Positions 30,650 through 43,695 of a stretch of 64,000 bases of DNA are shown here, one piece after another. A model generated the notes under the pieces. That model ran no database searches. It saw nothing but the letters and a program-made list of their open reading frames with translations, and had not been told where the DNA came from. Location: NCBI GenBank assembly GCA_947478395.1, contig CANJVR010000002.1:768001-832000 (forward strand), in the 5' to 3' direction. Made by a program: the position numbers and the translations under genes. Source of the DNA: Opitutia bacterium. Its GTDB lineage: Bacteria > Verrucomicrobiota > Verrucomicrobiia > Opitutales > Opitutaceae. Within the stretch, counting starts at the first letter, position 1. Every line of letters starts with the position of its first letter.

Positions 30650-33234
30650 GGGACGTTCTGGGTTATGAGCGGAGAGGATTTCGCCGACTCGGCGATTGGC
30701 TTGGGAAAGATGCGTTGCTGTTGGAACGGGGCAGACTCGATGACTCCCGTCAACAGGGCCGAGAACGCGCCGTGATTCCGGTCGAGGCTTTCGACGATCT
30801 TATCGACCGCGGGAACATCGTAATATTCCACGCCACGGCCGATCGCGTAGGTCAGCAATTTTTCGGTCAGGCAGCGATAGAACTCGATTTTATGGTTTGC
30901 GGCGAGAATCCGCTTAAGGTCGGCAATACCGGTGAATTTTTCGCCGGTGGCCAGTTGGCCGGAGGGGTCGATCTTCTGCTTATACTCCTCGGCCCGCCAC
31001 TGGCCGAGAGCGTTGAAGTTTTCCAAGGCGAGCCCAAGAGGGTCCATACGGTTGTGGCACGAAGCGCAAATCGCGTTTTCACGGTGGGCGGCCATCGTCT
31101 CGCGCAACGTAGGCACGCGGGCGTCATCTTTCGATTTGGTCTCTTCCAACGCGGGAATATCGGGCGGCGGCGGCGCGGTGGGTGAGTTGAGGATGTTTTC
31201 CAGAATCCACTTGCCCCGTTTGACGGGCGACGTGCGGTTGGGATTCGACGTAACCATGAGGACGCTACCCATGGTGAGAATGCCGCCGCGTGGGTCGCCG
31301 GGCGGAAGAGTTACCTTACGCAACTCCGCTCCCTTTACATCGCTGATCTTGTAAGCGCCGGCCAAGGTTTCATTGAGGAAAGTATAATCGCTGGAGAGAA
31401 ATTCATCGATGCTGCGGTCTTCGCGAAGCACGTACTCGAAATATTTTTCGGTCTCCTGTTTCGAGGCGATGCGAACCGCATCGCTCACGTTGCCGCCACC
31501 ACCTCCACCGAAGCCGCCCCGTCCGCCGCCAGCCGGGACCACGCCTTCGCGCGCCATGATTTCGCGCGGATTGAGTGGCACGGTGGTAACAAGGCGGGTT
31601 TGCAGCCATTGCCCGGTGAAATTCTCGACAAAGGCAGACGAGCGCGGATCGGCGAGCAAGCGCTTGACCTGCGCGGCGAGATTCGCGCGCAGTGTGCCGG
31701 CGGCAGCGAGTTTGAACAACTCGTCGTCAGGCATCGTGGACCAGAGAAAATAGGACAGGCGCGAAGCGAGGGAGTAGTCGTCCAGATTTGAATAAGCCGC
31801 AGCCGCCGGGGCCGCGGCCGGCCGATCGACGCGGAAGATAAAACGGGGCGAGGCCAGCGCAGCCACCATCGCCTGGGCGACGCCCGACTCGAAGGTGGTG
31901 CCTGGGACGCTGTAGAATTTTTCCGCGATTTCGACGAGTTGGTTGACGCTGTCCGCGGGGACAGGGCGCCGATAAGCTTTATTGGCGAACGCCCGGAATA
32001 CCTCTTCGGCGTAGGCGCGACGCCCGGCTGCGTCCTTCGGAACCGCATCACGGCTGAAGAAACGGGTGTAGTTCGCCGGATGTACCCATTGCGCTGGATC
32101 GAGCGGGCCTTCGAGGCGTACTTTTTTGAGATTGTAGAGATTATCCGCCGCCTGGCTCTTGGGCGGGATCGGTAGCACCGGCTTGAGTGCGACCGCAACT
32201 TTATGGGTGCCGGGTTCCCAATGGACGGAGTAGCTGTCGTCGATGTCGTGGTTGCTCTCCCAGCTGAATTCTTTCTGCGAAACCTGCTTTCCATCCACCG
32301 TGACCGTGATTTGGGCGCGCTGCGGATTGTAGATAAAATCTCCCCGAATATTCTGCTCGAACACCAGCCGGTAGTCGCCGGCTTTGGTAATATTGAAATC
32401 ATGACCGATGTTCGCCTCGGCCGGATATGGCAGGCCGACAGCCAGGATTCCATCGGCGCCTAGACCCGAACCACGGATGATTTTCCCAACGGTGGGTTTG
32501 CCGTCCGCGTAGTTGAAATCCCCGACGTCGGCAATCTGCTGCGCCGGTACCTGCGTGACCGTCGGCACCGCTTTGCTCACCACAGCCTGAGCGGCCGCAA
32601 GATACTTTTCCATCAGGAGGGGCGACATGTTCAACACGTCGGCAATGTTGTCGAAGCCGTACCCGCTGTCGTCATCGGGAAATGCCGCCTTGGTTTCGAA
32701 ATCAACGCCCATCAGATCACGAATCGTGTTTTTATATTCGACGCGGTTGAGCCGGTGCACGGTCACTCGGCCAGGATCAGCCTGCTTGGGATCGAGGCCA
32801 AAGGCCGCGGTTTTGATCCAACCCTCCAGCGCAACGTGTTCGCCCTCTGTGAGCGGGTTGTTCGTCTCAAGCGGCGGCATGATCTGCGAGCGAGTGTTCC
32901 GCAGCACCTTGAGCCACAATTGCGGATCGCCAGCGATGCGAGCAGGCGTCAGGTCGTCGAAGGTGATGCCGCCTTTGCTCGCCCCGTCGCCGTGACAATC
33001 GTAGCAGCGCTCGCGAAGGATGGGCTCGATGACTTTGTGAAACTGGGCAACCGCCGGGCTTTCCGCAGGGACGGCCTTGGGGGCTGCCACAACCGCTGAT
33101 TTGGCGACCGCTACTTCACGCGGCGACGAGGTGCCGTTCTGGCAGCCAGTCCAGACCAGTAACGCCGCGGCCCCGAGGACGGCGACGCCGGTTGACCAAT
33201 GACGGAAAATATTCAGCTGGCTCAATTTGATCAT
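30646..33234 (-). CDS. DUF1592-family diheme cytochrome c protein, copy 3, possible lipoprotein
   Basis: LLVWTGC lipobox-like motif; CYDCH..IMPP; HRLNRVEY; ASRLSYFLWSTMPD; TSPVKRGKW; CASCH; ATGA overlap with DUF1552. Confidence 0.9.
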   Translation of the reverse strand: MIKLSQLNIFRHWSTGVAVLGAAALLVWTGCQNGTSSPREVAVAKSAVVAAPKAVPAESPAVAQFHKVIEPILRERCYDCHGDGASKGGITFDDLTPARIAGDPQLWLKVLRNTRSQIMPPLETNNPLTEGEHVALEGWIKTAAFGLDPKQADPGRVTVHRLNRVEYKNTIRDLMGVDFETKAAFPDDDSGYGFDNIADVLNMSPLLMEKYLAAAQAVVSKAVPTVTQVPAQQIADVGDFNYADGKPTVGKIIRGSGLGADGILAVGLPYPAEANIGHDFNITKAGDYRLVFEQNIRGDFIYNPQRAQITVTVDGKQVSQKEFSWESNHDIDDSYSVHWEPGTHKVAVALKPVLPIPPKSQAADNLYNLKKVRLEGPLDPAQWVHPANYTRFFSRDAVPKDAAGRRAYAEEVFRAFANKAYRRPVPADSVNQLVEIAEKFYSVPGTTFESGVAQAMVAALASPRFIFRVDRPAAAPAAAAYSNLDDYSLASRLSYFLWSTMPDDELFKLAAAGTLRANLAAQVKRLLADPRSSAFVENFTGQWLQTRLVTTVPLNPREIMAREGVVPAGGGRGGFGGGGGGNVSDAVRIASKQETEKYFEYVLREDRSIDEFLSSDYTFLNETLAGAYKISDVKGAELRKVTLPPGDPRGGILTMGSVLMVTSNPNRTSPVKRGKWILENILNSPTAPPPPDIPALEETKSKDDARVPTLRETMAAHRENAICASCHNRMDPLGLALENFNALGQWRAEEYKQKIDPSGQLATGEKFTGIADLKRILAANHKIEFYRCLTEKLLTYAIGRGVEYYDVPAVDKIVESLDRNHGAFSALLTGVIESAPFQQQRIFPKPIAESAKSSPLITQNVP

Positions 33235-33529
33235 GTCGAAACGTGGGTCGTGGAAAGCAAACCTTCAGCCGATAAGGCCCGGGGCGTAGAGAAAAACTTT
33301 GTTCGCTCGACGCGCCGCAGGGTTACAGCTCCTAAAGTGGAAAAATGCATTAAATAGGAAAACGCACTCGTCGCCGGGGATGACGGAATCCACCGGCAAG
33401 GGTTGCTCAAAAAAAAGGACCTCAGGTGCTCGCCTAACGCGATGCCGGCACGACGCTCGCCTACGTCCTGGCCGCCGCACGGGGGAAAAATCGCGGCGGC
33501 GCCGCTAACTTGAAACAGCGTGCCGTTCA

Positions 33530-34861
<1,332 letters not shown>

Positions 34862-34996
34862 TCAACCGCAGCGAACTGAACGGGAAAACCGCAACGCCGC
34901 CGCCATTTGGGGAAGTATAAGGCGGAGGAGTCAGTGCTACGAAACGTCGAAAAGAACACTCGCATTCCGGCCCGTGCGCGGCGTGAAACAACCCCG

Positions 34997-35033
34997 CATT
35001 GGTGCTACCCGCAGCTATGTCTTTTGTAATATT
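34997..35033 (-). promoter_or_regulatory. Conserved 37-bp upstream motif, copy B
   Basis: cattggtgctacccgcagctatgtcttttgtaatatt; 28/37 identical to the reverse complement of 18340-18376. Confidence 0.6.
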
Positions 35034-35181
35034 AAAACCGCGAATTCGCGGCGTTCGGCGCGGCCGCGTGCGGTGAGCCATCGCTGAATCAGCCGAACAA
35101 GGGTCTGAAACGGCGCGGCGGAGAACGCGTTTTCAGAAAAACATTCTCGATGAAATCCAAGATGAATGACTGATTGCACCT

Positions 35182-38100
35182 GTGACGGCGCGCACCCCAC
35201 GCAAACTCCGACCGGCTCGGCGAACAATCTCTACTCTTCTCATCCTGGGGTGCGTCGTGATCACAGGTTTCGCCGAACCGGGCATTCATGGACTGCCATT
35301 TTCGCGCCCGTATTCGCTGGAGGACGTCGGTTACGTGCCGCGGGGCGCCCGGCTGAATTTGGATCCGTTCGGTCGTATCGCGGTGATTCACGACGGCGTT
35401 TATGCGGTGCTCAACGATACCGCGTGGTTGAACATTGCCGACCCCGAGGAATCCGCCCGCACCCCTATGACCGACGTGTTGCACGCCGGCTACGGCCAGA
35501 CTTTTTACGGGGGGCGCGCGTCTTGGGGGATAGCGGAATTTGGCATCGACGGAAAAATTCACGCCAAGTCGCTGGTTCCGAAGAATGCTCCGGCCTGGAC
35601 CCGAACCACCACGTTCGAAGAATTGATCGGAACGGCGGACGGAATTTATTTTGTCAGTCGCAACGGCGTCGTCTTCTGGGATTTCATCCGCAAAGAGTGC
35701 CAGCTTTTTGAACTGGAAAGGATTTCGCGAGTTTTCGCCGTCGGCAGCAAAGTCTTCGTCTCGTCCTCCGGCCAGGCGCTGCGTACGATTAACCTCAACG
35801 AACGCCGCGTGGAACCGGTGCCGGTCACCGCGCTGGACCGAGTGGCGGTTGATCACGCCATCGTTCTGGATGGAACGCGCTCCCTGGTATCACTGATGAA
35901 CGGCCGTCTTTTCGTTTTCGACGGCTTGAATTTAACCCCGTGGTCCGGCGGCCAGGGGGTTGAAGAAACGATGGGCAGAATTTCGGTGCTGCAACGTCTG
36001 GCCGACGGCCGTGTGGCCGTCGCGGTCACGGGCAAAGGCGTTTTCGTGTATTCGCCCGAGGGGACGTTGCTGACGTCGCTGACGACTCCACAATATCATC
36101 AGATCTCGAGCATCGCGAGCCGTGAACCCGGCGTGCTGTGGTTGCTCACCGAAGAATCGATTGAAAAGGTCCTTTATTCGGGAGGACTTACCTCATTCGG
36201 GCAACGTCTTGGCCTGACCTTGGGGTGGCCGCAGGTGGCAGCGCGGGCGGGTCGAACATTTGTTACGTCGGGCGGTGTCCTTTACGAGGCGGTGCCTGAT
36301 AAGACCGGCGGACCGGCCCGCTTTGAACGCTTTAAGAACCAACCGGCCGGCGGCGCGATGTCGCTGACTTCAGGCGGCAGCCACCTAATTACCGGGAGCC
36401 GCGCCGGAATTTTTTCGGTTCAAAGCGACGACTCACTGCAGCTGATCGGCCAGGTCAAAGATCTCAATATTCTGATGATGGTCGGCGACAATCTCTGCTA
36501 CGCGATCGGCACTTCGGAGATCGCCCTCTTTGAATGGGACGGTTCGCGTTGGTTCGAGCCGGTCGCGCGCGTTCCCGGACTACCCCACTCCTTCAACGTG
36601 CAGCGGACCGCCAAAGCCGTGTGGGTCGAGATGGGCGGAGACGGCGTGGCTCGAGTCTCGCGCAAGGACGGCGAGATCAAGGTCACGGTGATAAAAAACG
36701 AACCCTGGACTAAGGCACTTTGGGTCAACATCGGCGTCGTCGGCGATGTCGCCGTACTGAGCACCCTGCGCGACCAGCGACGGTTCTTCGATGACAGGAG
36801 CGAATCGTGGTGCGACATGCCGGGGTTCGCGAAGCTCTTGGACCGTTCGCCGCATTGGATCGCGCGGGTTTGGATGGACGACGCGGGCACGCTTTGGGCG
36901 ACGCACACGGAAGGCCTCGTGCGATTTACGCCCAAGGGAGACGACTATGAAATGGATCTCTCGACCTACGACCTGATCAACGACCGCTATCCCATAATCT
37001 ACATCCTGCCCGGCAGCGGCACTTGGGTCTCGGCGAGTCGATCGCTGCATCATGTCGAGCAAGTCGAAAATCCACGGGCCAGCCCGGCTTCGAAACCGGT
37101 CCTCGTGTCGCTCATGGATACACGCCGAAATGTCGAGCTGTTGACGCACCGGCTTGCCCCCGAAAATCGCCTCCAGCTGCCGTTCGCGCAGAACAGCCTG
37201 ACGTTTCGTTTTTTTTCCGGCAGCTATGCCCGGCGGCGTGCCCCCGTCTACGAGGTCAGAATGAAGCCAAGTGAACCGTGGGTAACGCTCGATACGGGCT
37301 CGCTGCTGCGCCTTTCGGCGCTGCGCGAAGGCGCGTACGATCTTGAAGTAAAAATTGCCGGCGAACCCGTTGAACCGGGCGGAGCCATGCGTTTCTCGTT
37401 CGATATCCTCCCGCCGTGGCAACGCACGCTGCCGGCGTACCTGCTCTATGGCTCAATCCTCGTGGTCGGTGTTATCGGCATCAGTCGCCTTTCCGTCGGT
37501 CTGGCGCATCGTCGAAACCGGGCCCTGGAAGAGGTCGTGCGGGCGCGAACGAGTGAGCTGAAATCGACCATGGAAAAGCTGAATGAGGAAACGCGCATCA
37601 CCGCCACCTTGGCCGAGCGCGATCGATTGGCCGGGGAAATCCACGACAGCGTGCAGCAGGGCTTGAGCGGGGCGATCATCCAGCTCGACACGACGCTGCG
37701 GTTGCCATCGTTGGACCAGCCGGTCCTCACCCGGCTGCAGGTGGTGCGAAACATGTTGTCGTACGCGCGACAAGAGGTGCAGCACGCGGTGTGGGATTTG
37801 GATTCACCCCTGCTTGAAGGTAATGATCTGGGCGAAGCGCTCCGGAAGCTGACGACCTTCACGCTGTCGAATGCCCTTGTTCCCGTGGTCTCCGTTTCCG
37901 GCACGCCCATCCAACTCCCCCGCGTTACGACTCATCATCTGCTGCGAATTGCGCAGGAGGCGACAACGAACTCCCTCCGCCATGCGCAGGCCCAGCACAT
38001 CGACATCGCGCTAGAATACCAAGCTGGCGCTGTGACATTGACGATTTCCGACGACGGCATCGGATTTCCGCCGGACGACGGTTTGAACAAAGCCGGTCAC

Positions 38101-38220
38101 TTCGGTCTGCGCGGGATTCGCGGCCGGGCGAAAAAACTTGGAGCGGAAATTACCGTTACAAGTTCGATGGGACGTGGCACGACCGTTCGGGTGATCGCGC
38201 CCGTGGTGTCACCGACTTAG
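35182..38220 (+). CDS. Sensor histidine kinase with large periplasmic beta-propeller-like region, Y_Y_Y-like domain, TM helix, HisKA_3 and HATPase
   Basis: ERDRLAGEIHD H-box, QEATTN..RHA, DDGIGF and GHFGLRGI; ILPPW before the TM helix. Start codon uncertain. Confidence 0.88.
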   Translation: MTARTPRKLRPARRTISTLLILGCVVITGFAEPGIHGLPFSRPYSLEDVGYVPRGARLNLDPFGRIAVIHDGVYAVLNDTAWLNIADPEESARTPMTDVLHAGYGQTFYGGRASWGIAEFGIDGKIHAKSLVPKNAPAWTRTTTFEELIGTADGIYFVSRNGVVFWDFIRKECQLFELERISRVFAVGSKVFVSSSGQALRTINLNERRVEPVPVTALDRVAVDHAIVLDGTRSLVSLMNGRLFVFDGLNLTPWSGGQGVEETMGRISVLQRLADGRVAVAVTGKGVFVYSPEGTLLTSLTTPQYHQISSIASREPGVLWLLTEESIEKVLYSGGLTSFGQRLGLTLGWPQVAARAGRTFVTSGGVLYEAVPDKTGGPARFERFKNQPAGGAMSLTSGGSHLITGSRAGIFSVQSDDSLQLIGQVKDLNILMMVGDNLCYAIGTSEIALFEWDGSRWFEPVARVPGLPHSFNVQRTAKAVWVEMGGDGVARVSRKDGEIKVTVIKNEPWTKALWVNIGVVGDVAVLSTLRDQRRFFDDRSESWCDMPGFAKLLDRSPHWIARVWMDDAGTLWATHTEGLVRFTPKGDDYEMDLSTYDLINDRYPIIYILPGSGTWVSASRSLHHVEQVENPRASPASKPVLVSLMDTRRNVELLTHRLAPENRLQLPFAQNSLTFRFFSGSYARRRAPVYEVRMKPSEPWVTLDTGSLLRLSALREGAYDLEVKIAGEPVEPGGAMRFSFDILPPWQRTLPAYLLYGSILVVGVIGISRLSVGLAHRRNRALEEVVRARTSELKSTMEKLNEETRITATLAERDRLAGEIHDSVQQGLSGAIIQLDTTLRLPSLDQPVLTRLQVVRNMLSYARQEVQHAVWDLDSPLLEGNDLGEALRKLTTFTLSNALVPVVSVSGTPIQLPRVTTHHLLRIAQEATTNSLRHAQAQHIDIALEYQAGAVTLTISDDGIGFPPDDGLNKAGHFGLRGIRGRAKKLGAEITVTSSMGRGTTVRVIAPVVSPT

Positions 38221-38228
38221 ATTTACTC

Positions 38229-38870
38229 ATGGAAAAAGTTACCCCGCCGCCAGCCAAGATCAGGGTCCTGCTCGTCGACGATCATGTCACAATCCGCATG
38301 GGTGTCACCACGGCCGCCAGCGACGCCGCCGACATGGAAGTGATCGCCGAGGCCGAATGCGGCGAGGACGCCATCGCAATATTTCGCGAGCACCGGCCCG
38401 ATCTCGTGGTCTTGGATCTTCGAATGCAAGGCATGAGCGGCATCGAAACCCTTAAGGCCCTGCGCGAGGAATTCAAAACCGCAAAGGTTTTGATCTTTTG
38501 CAGCCACGCGAAGGGGGAAGAGATTTATCAAGCGATGCGGATGGGCGCAGCCGGCTTTGTCCTAAAGGAAATGCCGCTAGACCGCCTCTTGGATGGCATC
38601 CGCGCGGTAAATCGCGGCGAACAATACATCCCGCGCGAAATTGCGGTCCGGATGGGCGAGCGGCTTCTCGCCCATATATCGCCGCGCGAAATGGACGTCC
38701 TTCGCTTGCTCGGCCGGGGTCTGAGCAACAAGGAGATTGGCGGTCAGCTTGGCGTCGTTGAGGGCACCGTGAAGCTGCACATCGCGAGTATTTTCACCAA
38801 GCTGGGCGTATCCGATCGGACCCAAGCGCTCGTCGAGGCAATCAAGCGGGGAATCGTCCAGGTCGAGTAA
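38229..38870 (+). CDS. NarL/LuxR-family response regulator
   Basis: LLVDDH, LDLRM and FVLK receiver motifs; SPRE..GLSNKEI..TVKLH LuxR HTH. Confidence 0.93.
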   Translation: MEKVTPPPAKIRVLLVDDHVTIRMGVTTAASDAADMEVIAEAECGEDAIAIFREHRPDLVVLDLRMQGMSGIETLKALREEFKTAKVLIFCSHAKGEEIYQAMRMGAAGFVLKEMPLDRLLDGIRAVNRGEQYIPREIAVRMGERLLAHISPREMDVLRLLGRGLSNKEIGGQLGVVEGTVKLHIASIFTKLGVSDRTQALVEAIKRGIVQVE

Positions 38871-38918
38871 TCTCTAACGGCGGAAGACGAGACCGCGGCA
38901 CCGGCTGCACCGTCTCGC

Positions 38919-40010
38919 CTACTCGCTCGTAGTTAGCCTAGGCGGGCACGAAGCCCCGTCGAACCAGGAGCCTTCGACGTAAGTCGTCGTAGGAATCTCC
39001 GGCACTCCGTATTTATTGTGCTGCAATTGCCCCGCGAGCACCTCGACGGCGAGTTCACCGACCGTCGCGTGATTCTGGCGGACACCCGCGGTCCGGCCGG
39101 AGAATTTGTTTAGAAAGACATCAACAAACGCGACATCCCTCGGCACACGCACATGCATCGCCGCAAGACTCGGCAGAACGAACGATCCCTTGCTGATAAC
39201 CACCTCGGGACGGTATTCCCGAAACCAACGCGCAAACGACCGGGACTCCGGCACCACGTCCCCCTTGCTTTCATTGATCCAACTCTCGACGGGCTCGGCC
39301 TCAGGAAAAAGCATCATCGGGATTCGCTCCTCGGGCCGAAGTTTTGCCTGTTCACACAGGAAGCCGGCGGTCCAGAGATGATCCACACTGTGATCCCAGC
39401 CGCGATGCATCACGAAACCGATCCGGCGATAACCCGCCGCCATCACCCGCTGCATCGCAAGTCGGATGATATCGCACTGGTTGTTCGTGACATTATGGAG
39501 CGCAGGCCGGTGCGGGAAATAGTCGATCTTCACCGCGCTGAAACTCGTCCAGTCGAAGTGCAACTCCACGTCCACTTCGCGCTGGTGCGAAGCGATGATG
39601 ACGCCGTTGATGCCGCGCGCCTTCAGGATATTGCTGAGACGGCCGTGCGTCAGCCCGGGCTCGCGCATCCAGAAGTGCTCGAGCTTGTACCCAAGTTCGA
39701 GCGCCTTCGCCATTGCGCCCGCATAAAAATCCGGATGGGCCGTGACCTTTTTCCAACCCCAACGGGTGTCCCAATTCGTCACGTAAGCGAGCGTCGCAGG
39801 ATTACGCCGCTCCGTCATTTTTCCGCGGTAGGCCACCAACGCGCGCAACATCGGATCGGGTGCATAGCCGAGCGAGCGCGCGAGCTTTTGAATCCGTTCG
39901 CGCGTGACCAAAGGCAGGCGTTGATGATTGCGCAACGCCAACGACACCGTCGTGACGTGCACTCCGGCCTTACGAGCGACATCGGCAAGGGTAACCCGGC
40001 GTTCGATCAT
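38919..40010 (-). CDS. LacI-family transcriptional regulator
   Basis: VTLADVARKAGVHVTTVSLALR HTH and LGYAP; divergent from xylA. Confidence 0.88.
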   Translation of the reverse strand: MIERRVTLADVARKAGVHVTTVSLALRNHQRLPLVTRERIQKLARSLGYAPDPMLRALVAYRGKMTERRNPATLAYVTNWDTRWGWKKVTAHPDFYAGAMAKALELGYKLEHFWMREPGLTHGRLSNILKARGINGVIIASHQREVDVELHFDWTSFSAVKIDYFPHRPALHNVTNNQCDIIRLAMQRVMAAGYRRIGFVMHRGWDHSVDHLWTAGFLCEQAKLRPEERIPMMLFPEAEPVESWINESKGDVVPESRSFARWFREYRPEVVISKGSFVLPSLAAMHVRVPRDVAFVDVFLNKFSGRTAGVRQNHATVGELAVEVLAGQLQHNKYGVPEIPTTTYVEGSWFDGASCPPRLTTSE

Positions 40011-40151
40011 GGACGATGATTCAAGCCCCGGCGTCGGGCGGCTCAAGTCTATTGTTAGTATCTTCACTCGATTGAGCACACGGTCCGGCCGGGCTCACTC
40101 CCCTTTTCAGCGCCCGATACCCTTTTAGGCCTTCCCCCTGAGTCCCCGCGT

Positions 40152-41472
<1,321 letters not shown>

Positions 41473-41480
<8 letters not shown>

Positions 41481-43647
41481 TATCCTCACCAAGGCAGCAA
41501 CCGACCGACCGACCATGCGCGGTGTCGCTTTGAACCAGCTGCTTTTTCAGGACGCTGACGCGCCGCTCGAGGCCCGGATCGACGATCTTGTCGCTCGGCT
41601 CACGCTGACGGAGAAAATCAACCAGCTCCTCCACGAGAACAACGCGATTGAGCGTCTCGGTGTGCCCGCTTACAACTGGTGGAATGAGGCCTGTCACGGT
41701 GTCGGCCGTAACGGCCGTGCGACCGTTTTTCCCCAGGTCATCGGTCTGGGCGCCACTTGGAATAGCGCGCTCGTACAACGCGTCGCCAGTGTCATTGCCG
41801 ATGAGGCGCGGGCGAAGCACCACGCGGCCGCCAAGGCCGGCCGCCGCGGCCAGTATCAAGGCCTCACGTTTTGGGCGCCCAACATTAACATCTTTCGCGA
41901 TCCACGCTGGGGCCGCGGCCAAGAGACGTTTGGCGAGGACCCACACCTGACGGGCGAATTGGGCGCCGCTATGGTGCGCGGCCTGCAGGGCGACCATGCG
42001 CACTACCTGAAGACCGCCGCCTGCGCCAAACACTATGCGGTCCATAGCGGTCCCGAACAGGACCGGCACATCTTTGATGCGTGCCCCACGCCCAAGGATC
42101 TGGAGGAAACCTACCTGCCGGCCTTCGCGAAACTCGTCCGCGCCGGCGTTGAAGCGGTGATGGGCGCCTACAATCGCACGCTCGGCGAACCGTGCTGCGG
42201 GAGCAAATTCCTCCTGGGCGATGTTCTGCGCGGACGCTGGGGCTTCAAAGGCCACGTTGTCAGCGACTGCGGCGCCGTGGATGATTTTCACCGTCACCAC
42301 AAAATCACGCGCAACGCCGCCGAGTCCGCCGCACTCGCCGTGCGCAACGGCTGCGACCTCAATTGCGGTTGCACCTACAACGACCTCGTCGTCGCGGTGG
42401 AACAAGGCCTCATCACGACCGCGGAAATCGACATCGCGCTCCGCCGCCTGCTCGCGACCAAGTTTAAGCTTGGGCTTTTCGACCCGCCGGCCCGCGTCCC
42501 TTGGTCCGCCATTCCGACTTCGGTAGTCGACAGCGAAGAGCACCGCGCGCTCGCGCGCGCGGCGGCCGTCGAATCCATCGTGCTGCTAAAAAACAACGGC
42601 ATCCTCCCGTTGCGCGCCGACTACGAAAGCCTGCTCGTGACCGGTCCAACCGCGGCCAGCACGGTCGCATTGATCGGAAATTACTACGGATTTTCGCCGC
42701 GGCTCGTAACAATCGCCGAAGGCATTCTCGAACGCGCGCCGGAGAGCTGCCGCGTGGTGTATCGTTTGGGCTGTCCGCTCTCGAGCCCGATGGCGCCGGG
42801 GGTTAACTACACCTACGGGACAGCGGCCGAAAACGACGTCACCATCGCGGTGCTCGGACTCGACCCTTCGCTCGAGGGCGAGGAGGGCGATACCGTCGCC
42901 TCCACCTCCGGCGGCGATCGCGACCGCATCGAACTGCCGCAGGTGCAACTCGATTTCCTCATCGAACTGCGCAAACACGCGAAAAAACTCATCGTCGTTC
43001 TCACCGGCGGCAGCGCCATCGCCGCACCCGAGGTCCACGAACTCGCCGACGCCGTGCTGCAAGTCTGGTATCCCGGTTGCGAAGGCGGTCATGCGCTCGC
43101 CGCCTTGCTGTTCGGCGATGTATCGCCCTCCGGCAAGTTGCCCATCACCGTCCCGCGCCGCACCGAGGATCTGCCGCCGTTCGAGGACTACGCCATGCGC
43201 GGACGCACCTATCGCTTCGCGCAGCTCACCCCGCTTTATCCTTTCGGTTTCGGACTCAGTTATGCGCGCCTGAGCTACGGCCCACTCGTCCTCAGCTCCA
43301 CTCGACTCGTCGCCGGCCAAGAACTGATCGTAACAACCACCATTACCAACGAGAGCGCGATCGCCGCCGCCGAGACCGTGCAATGCTATCTCAGTCCGCC
43401 ACGCGATTGGCCCGAAGCTCCGCACGCTACGTTGCTGGATTTCAAAAAAACTCCCGTACCGGCGGGCGCGACCGTCACCGTTACCTTCCGGCTCGCCGCG
43501 GCCGCGTTCGCCCAAATCGATGCGACCGGGCGTTCGGCTTACGCGCCGGGCACCTACGGTCTCGTCGTCGGTTCAGCCTCGCCCGATCCGCAGGCTCAGA
43601 CCCTTGGCGCGCCCGCCCCCTCGACCGGGACCTTTTTCTTAATTTAG
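41473..43647 (+). CDS. GH3 beta-xylosidase/glucosidase without signal peptide
   Basis: [42 protein letters not shown] and YPFGFGLSY. Start could be 41473 or 41515. Confidence 0.9.
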
Positions 43648-43695
43648 TTGGCCGTTCCGCTGGGGACGGTCGCCGATTTCGATTCACCCCAACCC

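Noticed and set aside
38885..38918. cgagac...gtctcg hairpin between the response regulator and LacI genes
   Set aside because: Short stem, long loop and no U-tract; too weak to call a terminator.
40011..40151. LacI operator in the lacI/xylA divergent region
   Set aside because: Expected from context, but no clear palindrome could be identified.
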